The position numbers were made by a program, and so were the translations under genes. Below, one piece after another: positions 1-10,095 of a DNA stretch of 64,000 bases. The notes under the pieces are model-generated. The model was not told where the DNA came from. It did not search any database and saw only the letters and a list, made by a program, of their open reading frames with translations. Position 1 is the stretch's first letter, and each line of letters opens with the position of its first letter. Origin of the DNA: Acidobacteriota bacterium (GTDB lineage: Bacteria > Acidobacteriota > CAIWXX01); the NCBI GenBank assembly GCA_040755995.1, contig JBFMAF010000012.1, forward strand, positions 18,500 to 82,499, in the 5' to 3' direction.

Positions 1-68
1 CCTCCCGTCAAGCATCAGAATGGATTATACCGCAGGATTGGCACGGCGCAGGCGCCACCTTCACGCGC

Positions 69-3000
69 TCAGCGTCCGCCCGCGCGCCGTGCCGCGGCCT
101 TGCGGGCCACGAGAACGAGTCCACGGGAGCTCGCGTTTTTCTCGAGCGCGCCAAGGCGGTTCGCACCTTCAGTAGCGGCGCCTGCTTTGAGCTCGGCGCC
201 GGCCAGCTCCAGCTCGGCCTCCATCTGAATGTCGACGCGTCCCGCGGTCGCCGCCGTCTCGATGATCTCCTCGAGCTCCTGCCGGGCCCGAGCAAGATCG
301 CCCGATGCAACCTGGCAGCAGGCCGTCGCGAGCTTCGCGGCCAGGAGGTAGGCGAGATTCTGCCCCTTGGACGCCTGTGCGATCGCGCGCTTTGCATCGC
401 GAGCCGCTTCGGTCAGCTTGCCCTGCGCGAGCAGGCTCCTGGCTGCGATCGAGAGTGCCCACGCTTCCTTGTCGCTCGCGTCCTCGGCGCGGTATTCGCC
501 GGCCGCACGCCGCGCCAGGTTCTCGGCAGCGGGCCAGGCGCTTTCCTCCATCGACAACAGCGCCGAAGCCATGTGACAGTCGGCCACACCCTGCTTCTCC
601 CCGAGGCTCTCGTGCAAGGCCATCGATTCCGAGTACTTCGCGCGGGCCTGCGCCAGCTCCCCTCGCGCGACGGCCACGTCGCCGAGACCGTAGATGCAGA
701 AAGCCTGACCGCTCTTCTCGCCCGTCTCCTGAAACGCCTTGAGGGCCTGCGTGTAGCGAGCTTCTGCGGCGGTCACATCCCCCATCGCGAGCATGATCTC
801 ACCGAGTGCCACCGTGGAGAAGGCGCCAGCGCTTCGATTCCCAATTTCACCGGCCAGCCGCAGGTTTTCTTCCTGGCGGCGCCGCGCTTCCTTCACCTGC
901 CCCTGCAGGAATAGCGCGTTTGCCAGGTTGCTAAGCACCTTTGAAACCGAGCTCCTTTCGTCTATTGCCTGCAGCGACACAAGCGCTTCCTCGTATGCGG
1001 CAGCGGCGGCCTTGAGGTCGCCCTGGCTGTATGCCACGTTGGCGAGCGTGTTCAGGGCCAGCGCCACGCCACGCTGGTTGCCTATCTCGCGGTACGTGGT
1101 AAGCAGATCGCTAGCCAGCCGGCGGGCGCCTTCGAGGTCGCCCTGGTTGTACAGCATCGATGCCAGGACGTTCTGCGCCTGCGCAGCGCCGTCGCGGTCG
1201 CCGACCGCTTCATAGATGGTGCGGGCCGTCTCTGCGGCGACCTGGGCCGCGGCGTTTTCGCCGAGCTGCCGCAAGGCCCGCGCCTCCGTCAGTCGCGCGC
1301 GAGCGGTGAGCAACCGCGCACCCATCGACTCGGCTCGCGAAGCTGCGGCGGCTGCCGCGTCCCGCTGATGACGGTAATCGGCGAGCGCGTAGGCGGCGTC
1401 GGCCTCGGCGAGGTCGATCCTCGGGTCATCGGAGGCGGGCTTCTGCAGCTTTCGGAGCTGTGCCAGTGTGGCCAGGGCGTCGGTCGCGTGGCCGCCTTTG
1501 GCCTGCGAACGCGCCAGCTCGAGGCCGTACTCGAGGTTGTCCGGGTAGCTCCTCATGAGATCCCCGTAGATCTGAGTCGCCCTCGCCCAGTCGCCCGCGA
1601 GGATTCGGTAGCGCCCTTCGATTGCGAGCTTGCCTTCGGCGCTGAGGGGGGCACTGAGCTCGAATGCCTTCTTGGCCTCGTCCTGCGCGCGGCGGTCATA
1701 CCCGAGCTGGGACCAGGCCAGGGCCAATGCCCAGTGCGAGAAGGGGTAGGTCGGGTCGCTGTCCACGGCCTCCTGCAACGGCTTGATGGCATCCACGGCC
1801 TCGAAGCGGCGGATGCGTTCGAGACCGGCGGCGTACAACCGGGCTGCAGCAGGGCTGGCAGGGAGCGATGCCTGCACTGCGGGGAGCTCCTCGCTGGGCA
1901 CGGCTGCAACGCCGAGGCGAGCGCGCAACGAGCTTCCGGCCGCCGACACGACTTCGAAGAGGCGACTCACCGAGCCCTCCTCGCTCAACAGCGCCACGCT
2001 CTCGCCGGCCGCAGTGTCCTGGATGCGCGCATCCAGGCGCAGCCGGCCGCCCAGGCTCTCGTCAATGGCTACATACGACCCTATGACCACGAAGTCGGCC
2101 CCGAGCTGCTCGCCGACCCTGTGCAGGGTCTCCGTGCCGAGGGTGTCGATGTCGCGTAGATCGAGGTCACGAACGGCTCGCGCGACGTTCTCTCCCGGCA
2201 CGGTGCGCAAGGTGCCGCCCGCTGCGAGCTCGGTAGTGAGCATCTCGGCGAGTGCGGTGGACAGCCATGCCGCATCCGGGCGTCCGGAGCTGTTTCTGAA
2301 GCCGAGCACCGCGACGCTTCGGCGTGCCTTCCCAGCCGATGGGCGTGGCTCCTCACGCCCCGGTACGCTGCCCCGGTGGATCATCCGGCCGATCAGGAGT
2401 GCGCCTGCCAGGGCGAGCATTACGGCGGCAACGATGCCGAGGTTGAAAAATCGCGACCTCGCAGCTCGTATCATTCGTCGCTTCGGCGGCGCCGTAAGTG
2501 CCCGAAGTAGTGCGGTCCCATCCGGCAGGCGGTCTTCGGGCGAGCGGGCCAGGCAGTGCATAACAAGGTCGTCGACTGCTGCGGGCAGATCCGGCACGAT
2601 TGCGCTGGGCGGCTTGGGTGTTTCGTTGAGGCGCTTGGCAGCGGCTGCGATCGGGCTCGCCGCCTCGAACGGCAGGCGGCCCGTCAGCATTTCGAACAGC
2701 ACGACGCCGAATGAGTATATGTCCGTGGCCGGGCCCACGGACTTGCCTTCGAGCTGCTCGGGAGAGATGTAAGCCATCGAGCCCATCACGGCGCCCGGTT
2801 CGGTGGCATTCATTGTTGTCGGTGCCGATTCCGAGTCGAGCCCGGGGACTCGAGGGAGAAGTTTGGCGAGGCCGAAGTCGAGTATCTTGACGATGCCCGC
2901 GGAGGTGATGAACAGGTTCTCGGGTTTGAAGTCGCGATGCACGATCCCTTTTGCGTGAGCCGCCGACAGCCCTTGCGCGACCTGCGTGGCCAGCGCCAGC

Positions 3001-3341
3001 GCGTCGTCGACAGGCAGCGGCCGGCCTTGCAACCGCGAGCGCAGAGGTTCCCCTTCCAGAAGCTCGGTCACGATGTACGGGGCACCCTGGTGTTCACCGA
3101 CATCGTGGATGACCAGCACGTTGGGATGATCGAGCTGCGCGGCCGCGTGGGCTTCGATCTCGAACCGGCGCACACGCTCTGGGTCGGAGGAGAAGGCGGC
3201 GGGTAGCACCTTGATCGCCACGTCGCGATTCAGGCGCGTGTCCCTGGCCCGCCATACCTGTCCCATGCCTCCCTCGCCCAGCAGACCGAGGACCTCGTAG
3301 GGGCCGAGCCGACTTCCGGCCGCCAGTACTGTCGTCATCAA
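69..3341 (-). CDS. Hanks-type Ser/Thr protein kinase with TM segment, TolB-N-like domain and long TPR array
   Basis: GEGGMGQV, VAIK, HRDFKPEN, DFG, YISPEQ; hydrophobic LGIVAAVMLALAGALLIG; SVAVLGFRN domain; many TPR-like helical repeats. Confidence 0.93.
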   Translation of the reverse strand: MMTTVLAAGSRLGPYEVLGLLGEGGMGQVWRARDTRLNRDVAIKVLPAAFSSDPERVRRFEIEAHAAAQLDHPNVLVIHDVGEHQGAPYIVTELLEGEPLRSRLQGRPLPVDDALALATQVAQGLSAAHAKGIVHRDFKPENLFITSAGIVKILDFGLAKLLPRVPGLDSESAPTTMNATEPGAVMGSMAYISPEQLEGKSVGPATDIYSFGVVLFEMLTGRLPFEAASPIAAAAKRLNETPKPPSAIVPDLPAAVDDLVMHCLARSPEDRLPDGTALLRALTAPPKRRMIRAARSRFFNLGIVAAVMLALAGALLIGRMIHRGSVPGREEPRPSAGKARRSVAVLGFRNSSGRPDAAWLSTALAEMLTTELAAGGTLRTVPGENVARAVRDLDLRDIDTLGTETLHRVGEQLGADFVVIGSYVAIDESLGGRLRLDARIQDTAAGESVALLSEEGSVSRLFEVVSAAGSSLRARLGVAAVPSEELPAVQASLPASPAAARLYAAGLERIRRFEAVDAIKPLQEAVDSDPTYPFSHWALALAWSQLGYDRRAQDEAKKAFELSAPLSAEGKLAIEGRYRILAGDWARATQIYGDLMRSYPDNLEYGLELARSQAKGGHATDALATLAQLRKLQKPASDDPRIDLAEADAAYALADYRHQRDAAAAAASRAESMGARLLTARARLTEARALRQLGENAAAQVAAETARTIYEAVGDRDGAAQAQNVLASMLYNQGDLEGARRLASDLLTTYREIGNQRGVALALNTLANVAYSQGDLKAAAAAYEEALVSLQAIDERSSVSKVLSNLANALFLQGQVKEARRRQEENLRLAGEIGNRSAGAFSTVALGEIMLAMGDVTAAEARYTQALKAFQETGEKSGQAFCIYGLGDVAVARGELAQARAKYSESMALHESLGEKQGVADCHMASALLSMEESAWPAAENLARRAAGEYRAEDASDKEAWALSIAARSLLAQGKLTEAARDAKRAIAQASKGQNLAYLLAAKLATACCQVASGDLARARQELEEIIETAATAGRVDIQMEAELELAGAELKAGAATEGANRLGALEKNASSRGLVLVARKAAARRAGGR

Positions 3342-3437
3342 TTGCTTACTCGACGGGATCGCTTGTTCTCGACATCACCCTGATGTTCTCGCGCTTCTGT
3401 GCGCGAGGGCGGCTCAGGCGCAGCCGCGCATGGAGGC

Positions 3438-3701
3438 TCAGGGGTCCGGCGGCCCGCCCGAATCATCCTGATCGCGCCGCTTTTCTCGCATGACGATCGC
3501 CGTGTGGTGCTTGCCGGGCTCCAACAGGGACTCGATCTCGAGCATCGCGCCGCCGAAAGTGCCCGGGCTTGCCTTCCGCCGCCGATAGAATATCCATCCG
3601 CGAGCCTCCGCCCAGAGCAGGAACCGATCGACCAGGAACAGCCCTGCGCCGGCAGCGATGCTGACTGCCGTCAGCTTGACGATACCCTGAATCGTGATCA
3701 T
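3438..3701 (-). CDS. small hypothetical membrane-anchored protein
   Basis: 87-aa ORF with N-terminal hydrophobic helix, then WAEARGWIFYRR; fills the gap between the kinase and ABC genes. Confidence 0.65.
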   Translation of the reverse strand: MITIQGIVKLTAVSIAAGAGLFLVDRFLLWAEARGWIFYRRRKASPGTFGGAMLEIESLLEPGKHHTAIVMREKRRDQDDSGGPPDP

Positions 3702-3834
3702 GTGAATCGCGGCTTGGCCGCTGCCTTCATTCTACCCCGCCGGCAGGCGGACGTCCACGGTGGGGGATGGGGAGTGGAATTACTACACACGTAGTGACTC
3801 GCGCATCTAGGGACGGCCATAGTAGGATGAAGCA

Positions 3835-4590
3835 ATGGAGTGCGCTCTCGAGTTGAGCGGCGTGACCAAGCGATTCGGGGCTACCGTCGCTGTCGATGGT
3901 CTCGCCCTTCGGCTCGAACCTGGGGTCTTCCTCGGCTTGCTGGGGAGAAACGGAGCCGGGAAGACCACCACGATCAGCATGTGCACAGGGCTGCTCAAGC
4001 CCAGCTCCGGATCGATCCGCGTCCTCGACATCGACGTCGTGGCGAACCCCTTGGCGGTCAAACGACGAATAGGCGTCATGGCGCAGGAGGAGGGCTTTCT
4101 CGACTATCTCACAGGGTCGCAGTACCTCCACTTCGTCGGCCGGGTCTACGGTCTCGACGATGAGGAGACCAAGAGACGGTCAGAGGAGCTGTTCGACACC
4201 TTGGAGCTGGCACCCCAACCTGGAACTCTGGTTCGGGAATACAGTTACGGTATGAAGAAGAAACTGGCACTCTCGGCCGCCCTGATTCATGGTCCTCAGA
4301 TGTTGTTTCTTGATGAACCGTTTGAAGGCATCGATCCGGTGACGAGCCGCACGATCAAGGACATCCTGCTTGGCCTGCATCGGAAGGGCGTCACCGTGCT
4401 CATGAGCTCGCACATACTCGAAGTGGTGGAGAGGCTTTGCGCGCAGGTCGCTATCATCGACAAGGGCCGGCTGATGGGGTGCGGCACGATGGATCAGATG
4501 CGCGAACGCCACGGCGAGGCGGTGAGCCTCGAGCAGCTGTTCGTGGATCTCATGGGAGGCGCGAAGAGAGGTGAGCTCTCTTGGCTCTGA
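3835..4590 (+). CDS. ABC transporter ATP-binding protein (ABC-2 exporter type)
   Basis: Walker A GRNGAGKTT, signature YSYGMKKK, Walker B LFLDEP, H-loop SSH. Confidence 0.95.
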   Translation: MECALELSGVTKRFGATVAVDGLALRLEPGVFLGLLGRNGAGKTTTISMCTGLLKPSSGSIRVLDIDVVANPLAVKRRIGVMAQEEGFLDYLTGSQYLHFVGRVYGLDDEETKRRSEELFDTLELAPQPGTLVREYSYGMKKKLALSAALIHGPQMLFLDEPFEGIDPVTSRTIKDILLGLHRKGVTVLMSSHILEVVERLCAQVAIIDKGRLMGCGTMDQMRERHGEAVSLEQLFVDLMGGAKRGELSWL

Positions 4591-6137
4591 GGGTCCTCCG
4601 GACGCTCGTCTGGGCCTACTATGTGAGTGCATGGAACCGCGTCCGGCGCCAATCCGGACTCGGCGGGATCGTCGCGACCGCAGCGACATTGGGCATCGTG
4701 GGTCTCGTTCTTCTGGTCCCCTGCGTCATGATGCTCACGATTGGCCTGAGCCTCGGGCGCGATATTGTGCCGGCGCGAGACCCGGAGGCGCTCTTCTATT
4801 GGAACCTGCTGCAGGCCCTCTTCACAACAGCCTTCGCTTTCCTGGGAGCAGTGCGATACAAGCCGGCGTTCACTGCGCGGGAGATCGGACCGTACCCCGT
4901 CCGGCCCATCTATCTTCTGCTGGCGGAGCTTCCCGCAAGCGTCTTCGAGGTGTTCCCCTTGCTTGGGATCGCGGGGATCTTCTTCTCGAACCTGGGGCTC
5001 GCCGTGGTGATGCCTCGGGCGGGCACCGCAGTCCTTGTCCTGGCAATTCATGGAATCATCGCGATGCTCGCACTCCAGCTGATTGCTGGCAGCCTCAAGC
5101 GGTTTCTGGTGAGACACTGGGTCGTTGCATTAGTTGTGGCATCAAGCTCGATCACGGCCGTGTTCCTCCTGGGGCGGGAGCAGATCAGGTGGCTCGTGCG
5201 GACCGCTCTCCCGTTCCTGCCCGGATCCATGGCATACATGGGCCTCATGGATCTCTGGCGGGGGCAGGGTTTGGCCGGCGTGGGGAGGATGCTGGGAGCG
5301 TTTGCAGCAACGGGTGTGCTGCTTGTCGTCGCCGGGCGCATGCACTATCGTGAGATCTTCAGTGAAGCAGGCTCGCGGGGATTCCAGCTGACCCGCAGTT
5401 CGGCGCTGAGGTTCGGGTCGCTGGCTTCGGGGATTGGTCGCCTGTTTCTCAAACTGATTCTCAGCTCCAACAGCGGGCGAACGCACCTGCTGATGCCACT
5501 GCTATTCTCGGGACCTGGCGTCGTGGTGCTGTGGGCGATTCGAACGGCTATGGAACAGAAGGAAACCCTTCCCGAGATAATGGTTTCCTACGCTCAATCG
5601 ATACTCAGCCTGCCCCTGCTCGGAATCCTCCTCTTCCTCCTTGTGCCTCTGAACTCAGAAATCTGGATGAACCAGTTCGGCTGGGATCGCGCCGGCGTCC
5701 GAGCGCTCCTGTCGTTGCCGATCTCGCACCGAGACCTGGTGCTGGGCAAGATGTTCGGCCTGCTTCAGCTCACCCTGCTTCAGCTGGCAATCGCAATTCC
5801 ACCCTTGCTCGTGCTCTACACGCCCAGCCTCCGCGAGGTCGTCTGGGGACTCGGGGCCTCGGGTACAGCGTTCATGGTTACGACGGGAGTCGGGCACGTC
5901 TTCTCTGTCAGATTCCCGCGGGCCATAGAGCGAGAGGGCGCGTCTCATCTGCCGCTGTACGTCTCGTGGATCCCGACTGTGCTGCTGCTTCTCATTGGAA
6001 CGATGCTGTATGCTGTGGGTGCGATGCCTCTGGCCCACCTGGCCCTTCTCGGCCTTTCCATCCTGGCCTACATCCGCCTTCTTCCACTAATCGCCGCGCA
6101 AGTCGAGCGCCACCAGGAACTGCTTCTTCGGATGTAG
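4581..6137 (+). CDS. ABC-2 type multi-TM permease
   Basis: many hydrophobic helices; TTG start with upstream GAGGTG overlaps ATPase stop; NQFGWDRAG-x-LLSLP-x-GK pattern typical of such permeases. Confidence 0.8.
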   Translation: MALRVLRTLVWAYYVSAWNRVRRQSGLGGIVATAATLGIVGLVLLVPCVMMLTIGLSLGRDIVPARDPEALFYWNLLQALFTTAFAFLGAVRYKPAFTAREIGPYPVRPIYLLLAELPASVFEVFPLLGIAGIFFSNLGLAVVMPRAGTAVLVLAIHGIIAMLALQLIAGSLKRFLVRHWVVALVVASSSITAVFLLGREQIRWLVRTALPFLPGSMAYMGLMDLWRGQGLAGVGRMLGAFAATGVLLVVAGRMHYREIFSEAGSRGFQLTRSSALRFGSLASGIGRLFLKLILSSNSGRTHLLMPLLFSGPGVVVLWAIRTAMEQKETLPEIMVSYAQSILSLPLLGILLFLLVPLNSEIWMNQFGWDRAGVRALLSLPISHRDLVLGKMFGLLQLTLLQLAIAIPPLLVLYTPSLREVVWGLGASGTAFMVTTGVGHVFSVRFPRAIEREGASHLPLYVSWIPTVLLLLIGTMLYAVGAMPLAHLALLGLSILAYIRLLPLIAAQVERHQELLLRM

Positions 6138-6277
6138 GCGCCGATCGAGACCGGCCAGGATCTGCAGACCGCCCAGCTGAACCATCGCCGGCATCGTGGA
6201 GAGGCAGGACGGCAACCGCGAGCTTCTGGTTGGTACAGCGCAGCTTTAGGCAGCGCAGAATATAGTACAATGAGGAG

Positions 6278-8917
6278 ATGCCACCCACGTGTCCGTCATG
6301 CGGAGCCATTGTTGAACGGGAAGGCATCTTTTGTGAACGTTGTGTCACACAGCGTCCGACCGAATCGGAACAGGCTGGAGCGGCGGCCGCGGCCATGGCC
6401 GCCTCCGCGACTCCGGCGCTTGTGCCGGGTGCCCTGCTCGCCGGACGCTACCGGATAATCTCCAGGCTCGGCAGTGGAGCGATGGGGGATGTTTACCGGG
6501 CGGAGGACCAGAGGCTCGATCAGATCGTCGCGCTGAAGTTCCTTCCCGCCAGAGTTGCCAGTGATCCGCGCCACATGAGCCGGGTGCGGGACGAGGTAAA
6601 GGTGGCAAGGCGCGTTTCTCACCCGCACGTTTGCCGTGTCCACGACCTTGGGGAAAGCGAGCGCGGGCCGTTTCTGTCGATGGAGCATATCGATGGGGAG
6701 GACCTGGCTTCGCTTCTGCGAAGGGTCGGGCGGTTGCCGGAGGAGAAGGCGATCGAGCTCGGCCGCCAGGTCTGCGCGGGCCTGGCAGCGGCACACGCAG
6801 CGGGAGTCCTGCACCGGGATCTGAAGCCCGCCAACGTGATGCTGGATCTGCAGGGGCGCGCCCATATCACCGATTTTGGCATTGCCATCGTTCGGGATGA
6901 CGCCGGCAGGCCCATGGACATTGCCGGAACTCCCGCTTACATGGCGCCCGAACAACTGGCTGGCAAGGTGCCGTCCGAGCAAAGCGATCTTTATTCATTC
7001 GGTGTTCTGCTGTACGAGTTGGTCACCGGCAAGTGTCCTTTTGTGGCAGACTCACTCGACGACCTGCGCAGGCAGCAGCTGAGAGGAGCTCCGGCGCCGC
7101 CCTCCATGCTGGTCAGCGGCGTCGGCCCCCGCCTCGACGCGGTGATTGCCAAATGCCTGTCTGTGGATCCGCACGAACGCCCGTCTTCTGCGGTGGCTGT
7201 GCTTTCCGAACTGATGGGCGGGGACGAAATGGGCGCCGCGCTTTCGGCCGGACAGACACCCTCCCCGCGTGCGGTAGCCAACGCAGTCGTCACAGGCGCG
7301 CTCAAGCCGGCATTCGCATGGGCGTGCTTTGCTGCTAGCTTGCTTTGCATCCTGTTCTGGTTCACGTTTGGGAAACGTCTCAGTCTGGTGGAGCGGGCCT
7401 CGTTGACGTCCCACCCGGAAGTATTGACCGCGCGGGTGCACGAGATCCTGGATCAGCTCGGCAACCGCGCGCAGGGTCTGATCATCGACCGAGGATTCGA
7501 ATATGACGAGCAGGCGATCGAGACAATGACGAGGCGCAGCAATCCGGAACCGAAGGCAATTCCGATTCGATTCTGGTACAGGCAGGGCAGGCAACCGTCG
7601 TTGGGTATCGACTGCAGGAACCTCATCGGCAGCGATTCCCCACCTCTGCAACCCGGCGAGCTGGTCGTGGTCTTGGATCCTGCCGGCCGGCTGATGCGTT
7701 TCTCCCACAACCCGGGTCCTGGCCCAGAGTCGCATGGTGCCAGTGCGCCTGATGACGTGTGGCCCGTTTTCTTCCGTTTTGCCGGCCTGGAGATTCCGCA
7801 GTTTCGAGAAACCAAACCGAAGGTGTTCCCGCCCGTATACGCAGATACGGTCAGTGCATGGGACGTGGTTCGTTCAGGTGAGTCTCCCGTTTCCCGCGTC
7901 GAAGCAGCTTCGGTGATCGGGAGCCCGGTCTACTTCGAGGTGTTTCACAGCTGGCGAAAGGTGTCATTGCCTCCAAGTGCCGGCCTGTGGTCCGTCGGCG
8001 CTCTCTCCAAAGCAGCGTACGACCTGATCACCCTTACGGCAGCCTTGCTGGCCTGGCTGAACCTTCGCGGCGGGCGGGCGGACCGGCGTGGCGCAATGCG
8101 CATCGCCTCCTGCGTGTTTGTGCTGTACATCGTCGCATGGCTGTGCGGTGCCCATCACGTGCCGGTCATGATCAGGGAGTTGTCGATGCTGGCGCGGGGA
8201 GTTGCGTGGGGGCTCCTGATGGCCTCCTGGATCTGGTTGTACTACCTGGCCCTCGAACCGTACGTCCGGCGTTACTCACCTGCAAGTCTCGTTTCCTGGA
8301 GCCGCCTCGTGATGGGGCGAGCCACAGACCCGATGGTGGCACGTGACATCTTGCTGGGCATGACTGCGACCTGGCTCACCTTCGTGCCAGTCACTATCAC
8401 GCTGCTGGGGGCTCAATCGGGCTCGGTTCTTGCCTTCGAAAGATCGCTCCAACCCTTGCTCGGGACACGCTTCTTTGTTGCGGGAGTGGCTGATGCGGTA
8501 GCCGACGCGGTGTACCTCGGGCTGATGTTCCTGTTGCTCCTGCTGCTCGGCCGTTCGTTGATCCGCTACCGGCTCGTGGCCGCCACCGTCTTCGTCTGCA
8601 TGGTTGTAGCGCTCCTCTTCGCATGGGGGACGACCCTATCAGGGCTCTCAGCGGCCGCCGGCCTCATCTTGATACTCCTGTGCGCCTTGCTATGGCTCTT
8701 CGTTCTTGTGCGTCTCGGGTTGCTCGGCATCGTTGCCTCCACCTTCCTCATGACTCTGGGGCTCTGTGTCCCGGACGCGATGAGTCTATCTGCCTGGTAC
8801 TCGTTCATCACCTGGTCCTCCATCGCAGTCTATGTCGCACTCGCGGGCTTCGGGCTCTACTTCTCGGTCGGCCCGGGAAAGCTGATCCGCCTCCCCTCTC
8901 CCGACAGACCCGCCTGA
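6278..8917 (+). CDS. Ser/Thr protein kinase with N-terminal Zn ribbon and C-terminal extracytoplasmic plus multi-TM region
   Basis: CPSC...CERC; GSGAMGDV, VALK, HRDLKPAN, DFG, YMAPEQ; several C-terminal TM helices; RBS GAGGAG. Confidence 0.92.
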   Translation: MPPTCPSCGAIVEREGIFCERCVTQRPTESEQAGAAAAAMAASATPALVPGALLAGRYRIISRLGSGAMGDVYRAEDQRLDQIVALKFLPARVASDPRHMSRVRDEVKVARRVSHPHVCRVHDLGESERGPFLSMEHIDGEDLASLLRRVGRLPEEKAIELGRQVCAGLAAAHAAGVLHRDLKPANVMLDLQGRAHITDFGIAIVRDDAGRPMDIAGTPAYMAPEQLAGKVPSEQSDLYSFGVLLYELVTGKCPFVADSLDDLRRQQLRGAPAPPSMLVSGVGPRLDAVIAKCLSVDPHERPSSAVAVLSELMGGDEMGAALSAGQTPSPRAVANAVVTGALKPAFAWACFAASLLCILFWFTFGKRLSLVERASLTSHPEVLTARVHEILDQLGNRAQGLIIDRGFEYDEQAIETMTRRSNPEPKAIPIRFWYRQGRQPSLGIDCRNLIGSDSPPLQPGELVVVLDPAGRLMRFSHNPGPGPESHGASAPDDVWPVFFRFAGLEIPQFRETKPKVFPPVYADTVSAWDVVRSGESPVSRVEAASVIGSPVYFEVFHSWRKVSLPPSAGLWSVGALSKAAYDLITLTAALLAWLNLRGGRADRRGAMRIASCVFVLYIVAWLCGAHHVPVMIRELSMLARGVAWGLLMASWIWLYYLALEPYVRRYSPASLVSWSRLVMGRATDPMVARDILLGMTATWLTFVPVTITLLGAQSGSVLAFERSLQPLLGTRFFVAGVADAVADAVYLGLMFLLLLLLGRSLIRYRLVAATVFVCMVVALLFAWGTTLSGLSAAAGLILILLCALLWLFVLVRLGLLGIVASTFLMTLGLCVPDAMSLSAWYSFITWSSIAVYVALAGFGLYFSVGPGKLIRLPSPDRPA

Positions 8918-9028
8918 TGGAAGCCCGTGTCTGTCGGCTCTCGTAGTCAACGACGACCAGATGGATCCGCGTCCCGAACACCGAAGCCTCCAGCCCCCTC
9001 CCCGTCGAACGCATCGAGCGCCTCGATA

Positions 9029-9058
9029 CTTGACTTTCCGTCAAGCATTAATTAGGCT
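9029..9058 (+). promoter_or_regulatory. sigma70-type promoter with palindromic operator over the -35
   Basis: TTGACT (9030-9035), 17 nt, TAGGCT (9053-9058); CTTGAC-N5-GTCAAG inverted repeat at 9029-9045. Confidence 0.65.
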
Positions 9059-9104
9059 GATTGGGAGAGGAGAGGATGGTACTATGAAGCAAGAAAGCGG
9101 CTAG

Positions 9105-9497
9105 ATGAGCAAGTACGTGGGAGTCGAAGAACTGGAATGCTGGTTCCTGGTTCCAATCGTTCGCGATTCGGATCGCAAGAAGCAACAACCGATTCTGTGG
9201 CGGCTCCTTGAAGAAGCGTTATGCGCCGGATTTCATGGATGGAGCGGACCTGAGAAAATGGACTGGTTCAGGAAAATGGAACTCGTACCCGGAGGTTGGC
9301 AGCCCGAGAAACTCAACAAGCCAATCCGGGATGAGAGTCGAAAGTACACGGCCTTCGTTCCGCCGACGAGACTCCGGAATCTGTACTCCTTCCTGAAAAA
9401 GGTCGCAAACACATTTGATCAACAGGAGATCCTCTTGTGCGTCGCGGGGCGGCGCAAGAGGATCATCCCGAAGCCGCAAGACGGTTTTCTCGAGTAG
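9105..9497 (+). CDS. small hypothetical protein, possibly DUF3574/PII-like fold; candidate toxin
   Basis: 130 aa; pattern FLVP-x-RDSD...GFHGWS...GGW...RDES...TFDQQEI resembles a family of small P..D/G.W/F.Q proteins (recalled, not searched). Confidence 0.7.
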   Translation: MSKYVGVEELECWFLVPIVRDSDRKKQQPILWRLLEEALCAGFHGWSGPEKMDWFRKMELVPGGWQPEKLNKPIRDESRKYTAFVPPTRLRNLYSFLKKVANTFDQQEILLCVAGRRKRIIPKPQDGFLE

Positions 9498-9564
9498 CTC
9501 CCGTGGACACATCAACCCGTTTTCGCCCCTCCGACGCGGGGCCCCTCTCCCTGGGAGGCTAAGC

Positions 9565-10071
9565 TTGACTACGAAATCCGCTGTCTATCGCACAATTACC
9601 GGAAGACCGTTGAAGATTGAGAACCTCAGTCCTGCTGAACGGAAGTTCCTCTTGCGAGTCGAGGAGAAGTACCGTTCCCGTCCCGAGTGGACACAGTTCG
9701 CCTCATGGTGGGTGACGCGCTTTAGGAAGGCAGGGATCCCGGCCGAGTCTGCTGTGCACCGCATTTGCCAAGATCTTGAGGCGCGCCTCGGGATTGTCCA
9801 GGGCAAGGTTGCGCCCCCGGACTACCGAGACTATCTCGCGGATTCGATCGATGCACAATACGGGTCCCGCTACAAGTTCTGCGAGCAGACCGGCATCGAC
9901 CAGGGGCAGCTCAGTCGAATCCTGGCCGGCCGGGCAGACCTCTCGATCCCAGCACTTCAGAAGATCCTACACATCCTCGGCGCAGTCATGGTCATTGAGC
10001 CGGAGGACGCGGTGGAGGCGAGGCTCGGCCCTGATGAGGCGAGCCGCACTCTGGAGGCCCTCACCGCCTAG
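9565..10071 (+). CDS. XRE/Cro-type HTH protein with N-terminal helical domain; candidate antitoxin/regulator
   Basis: TTG start after GGAGG; SRYKFCEQTGIDQGQLSRILAGRADLSIPALQKILHILG is an XRE HTH. Confidence 0.8.
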   Translation: MTTKSAVYRTITGRPLKIENLSPAERKFLLRVEEKYRSRPEWTQFASWWVTRFRKAGIPAESAVHRICQDLEARLGIVQGKVAPPDYRDYLADSIDAQYGSRYKFCEQTGIDQGQLSRILAGRADLSIPALQKILHILGAVMVIEPEDAVEARLGPDEASRTLEALTA

Positions 10072-10095
10072 GACAGGCTCGACCCGTCGCCGAAA

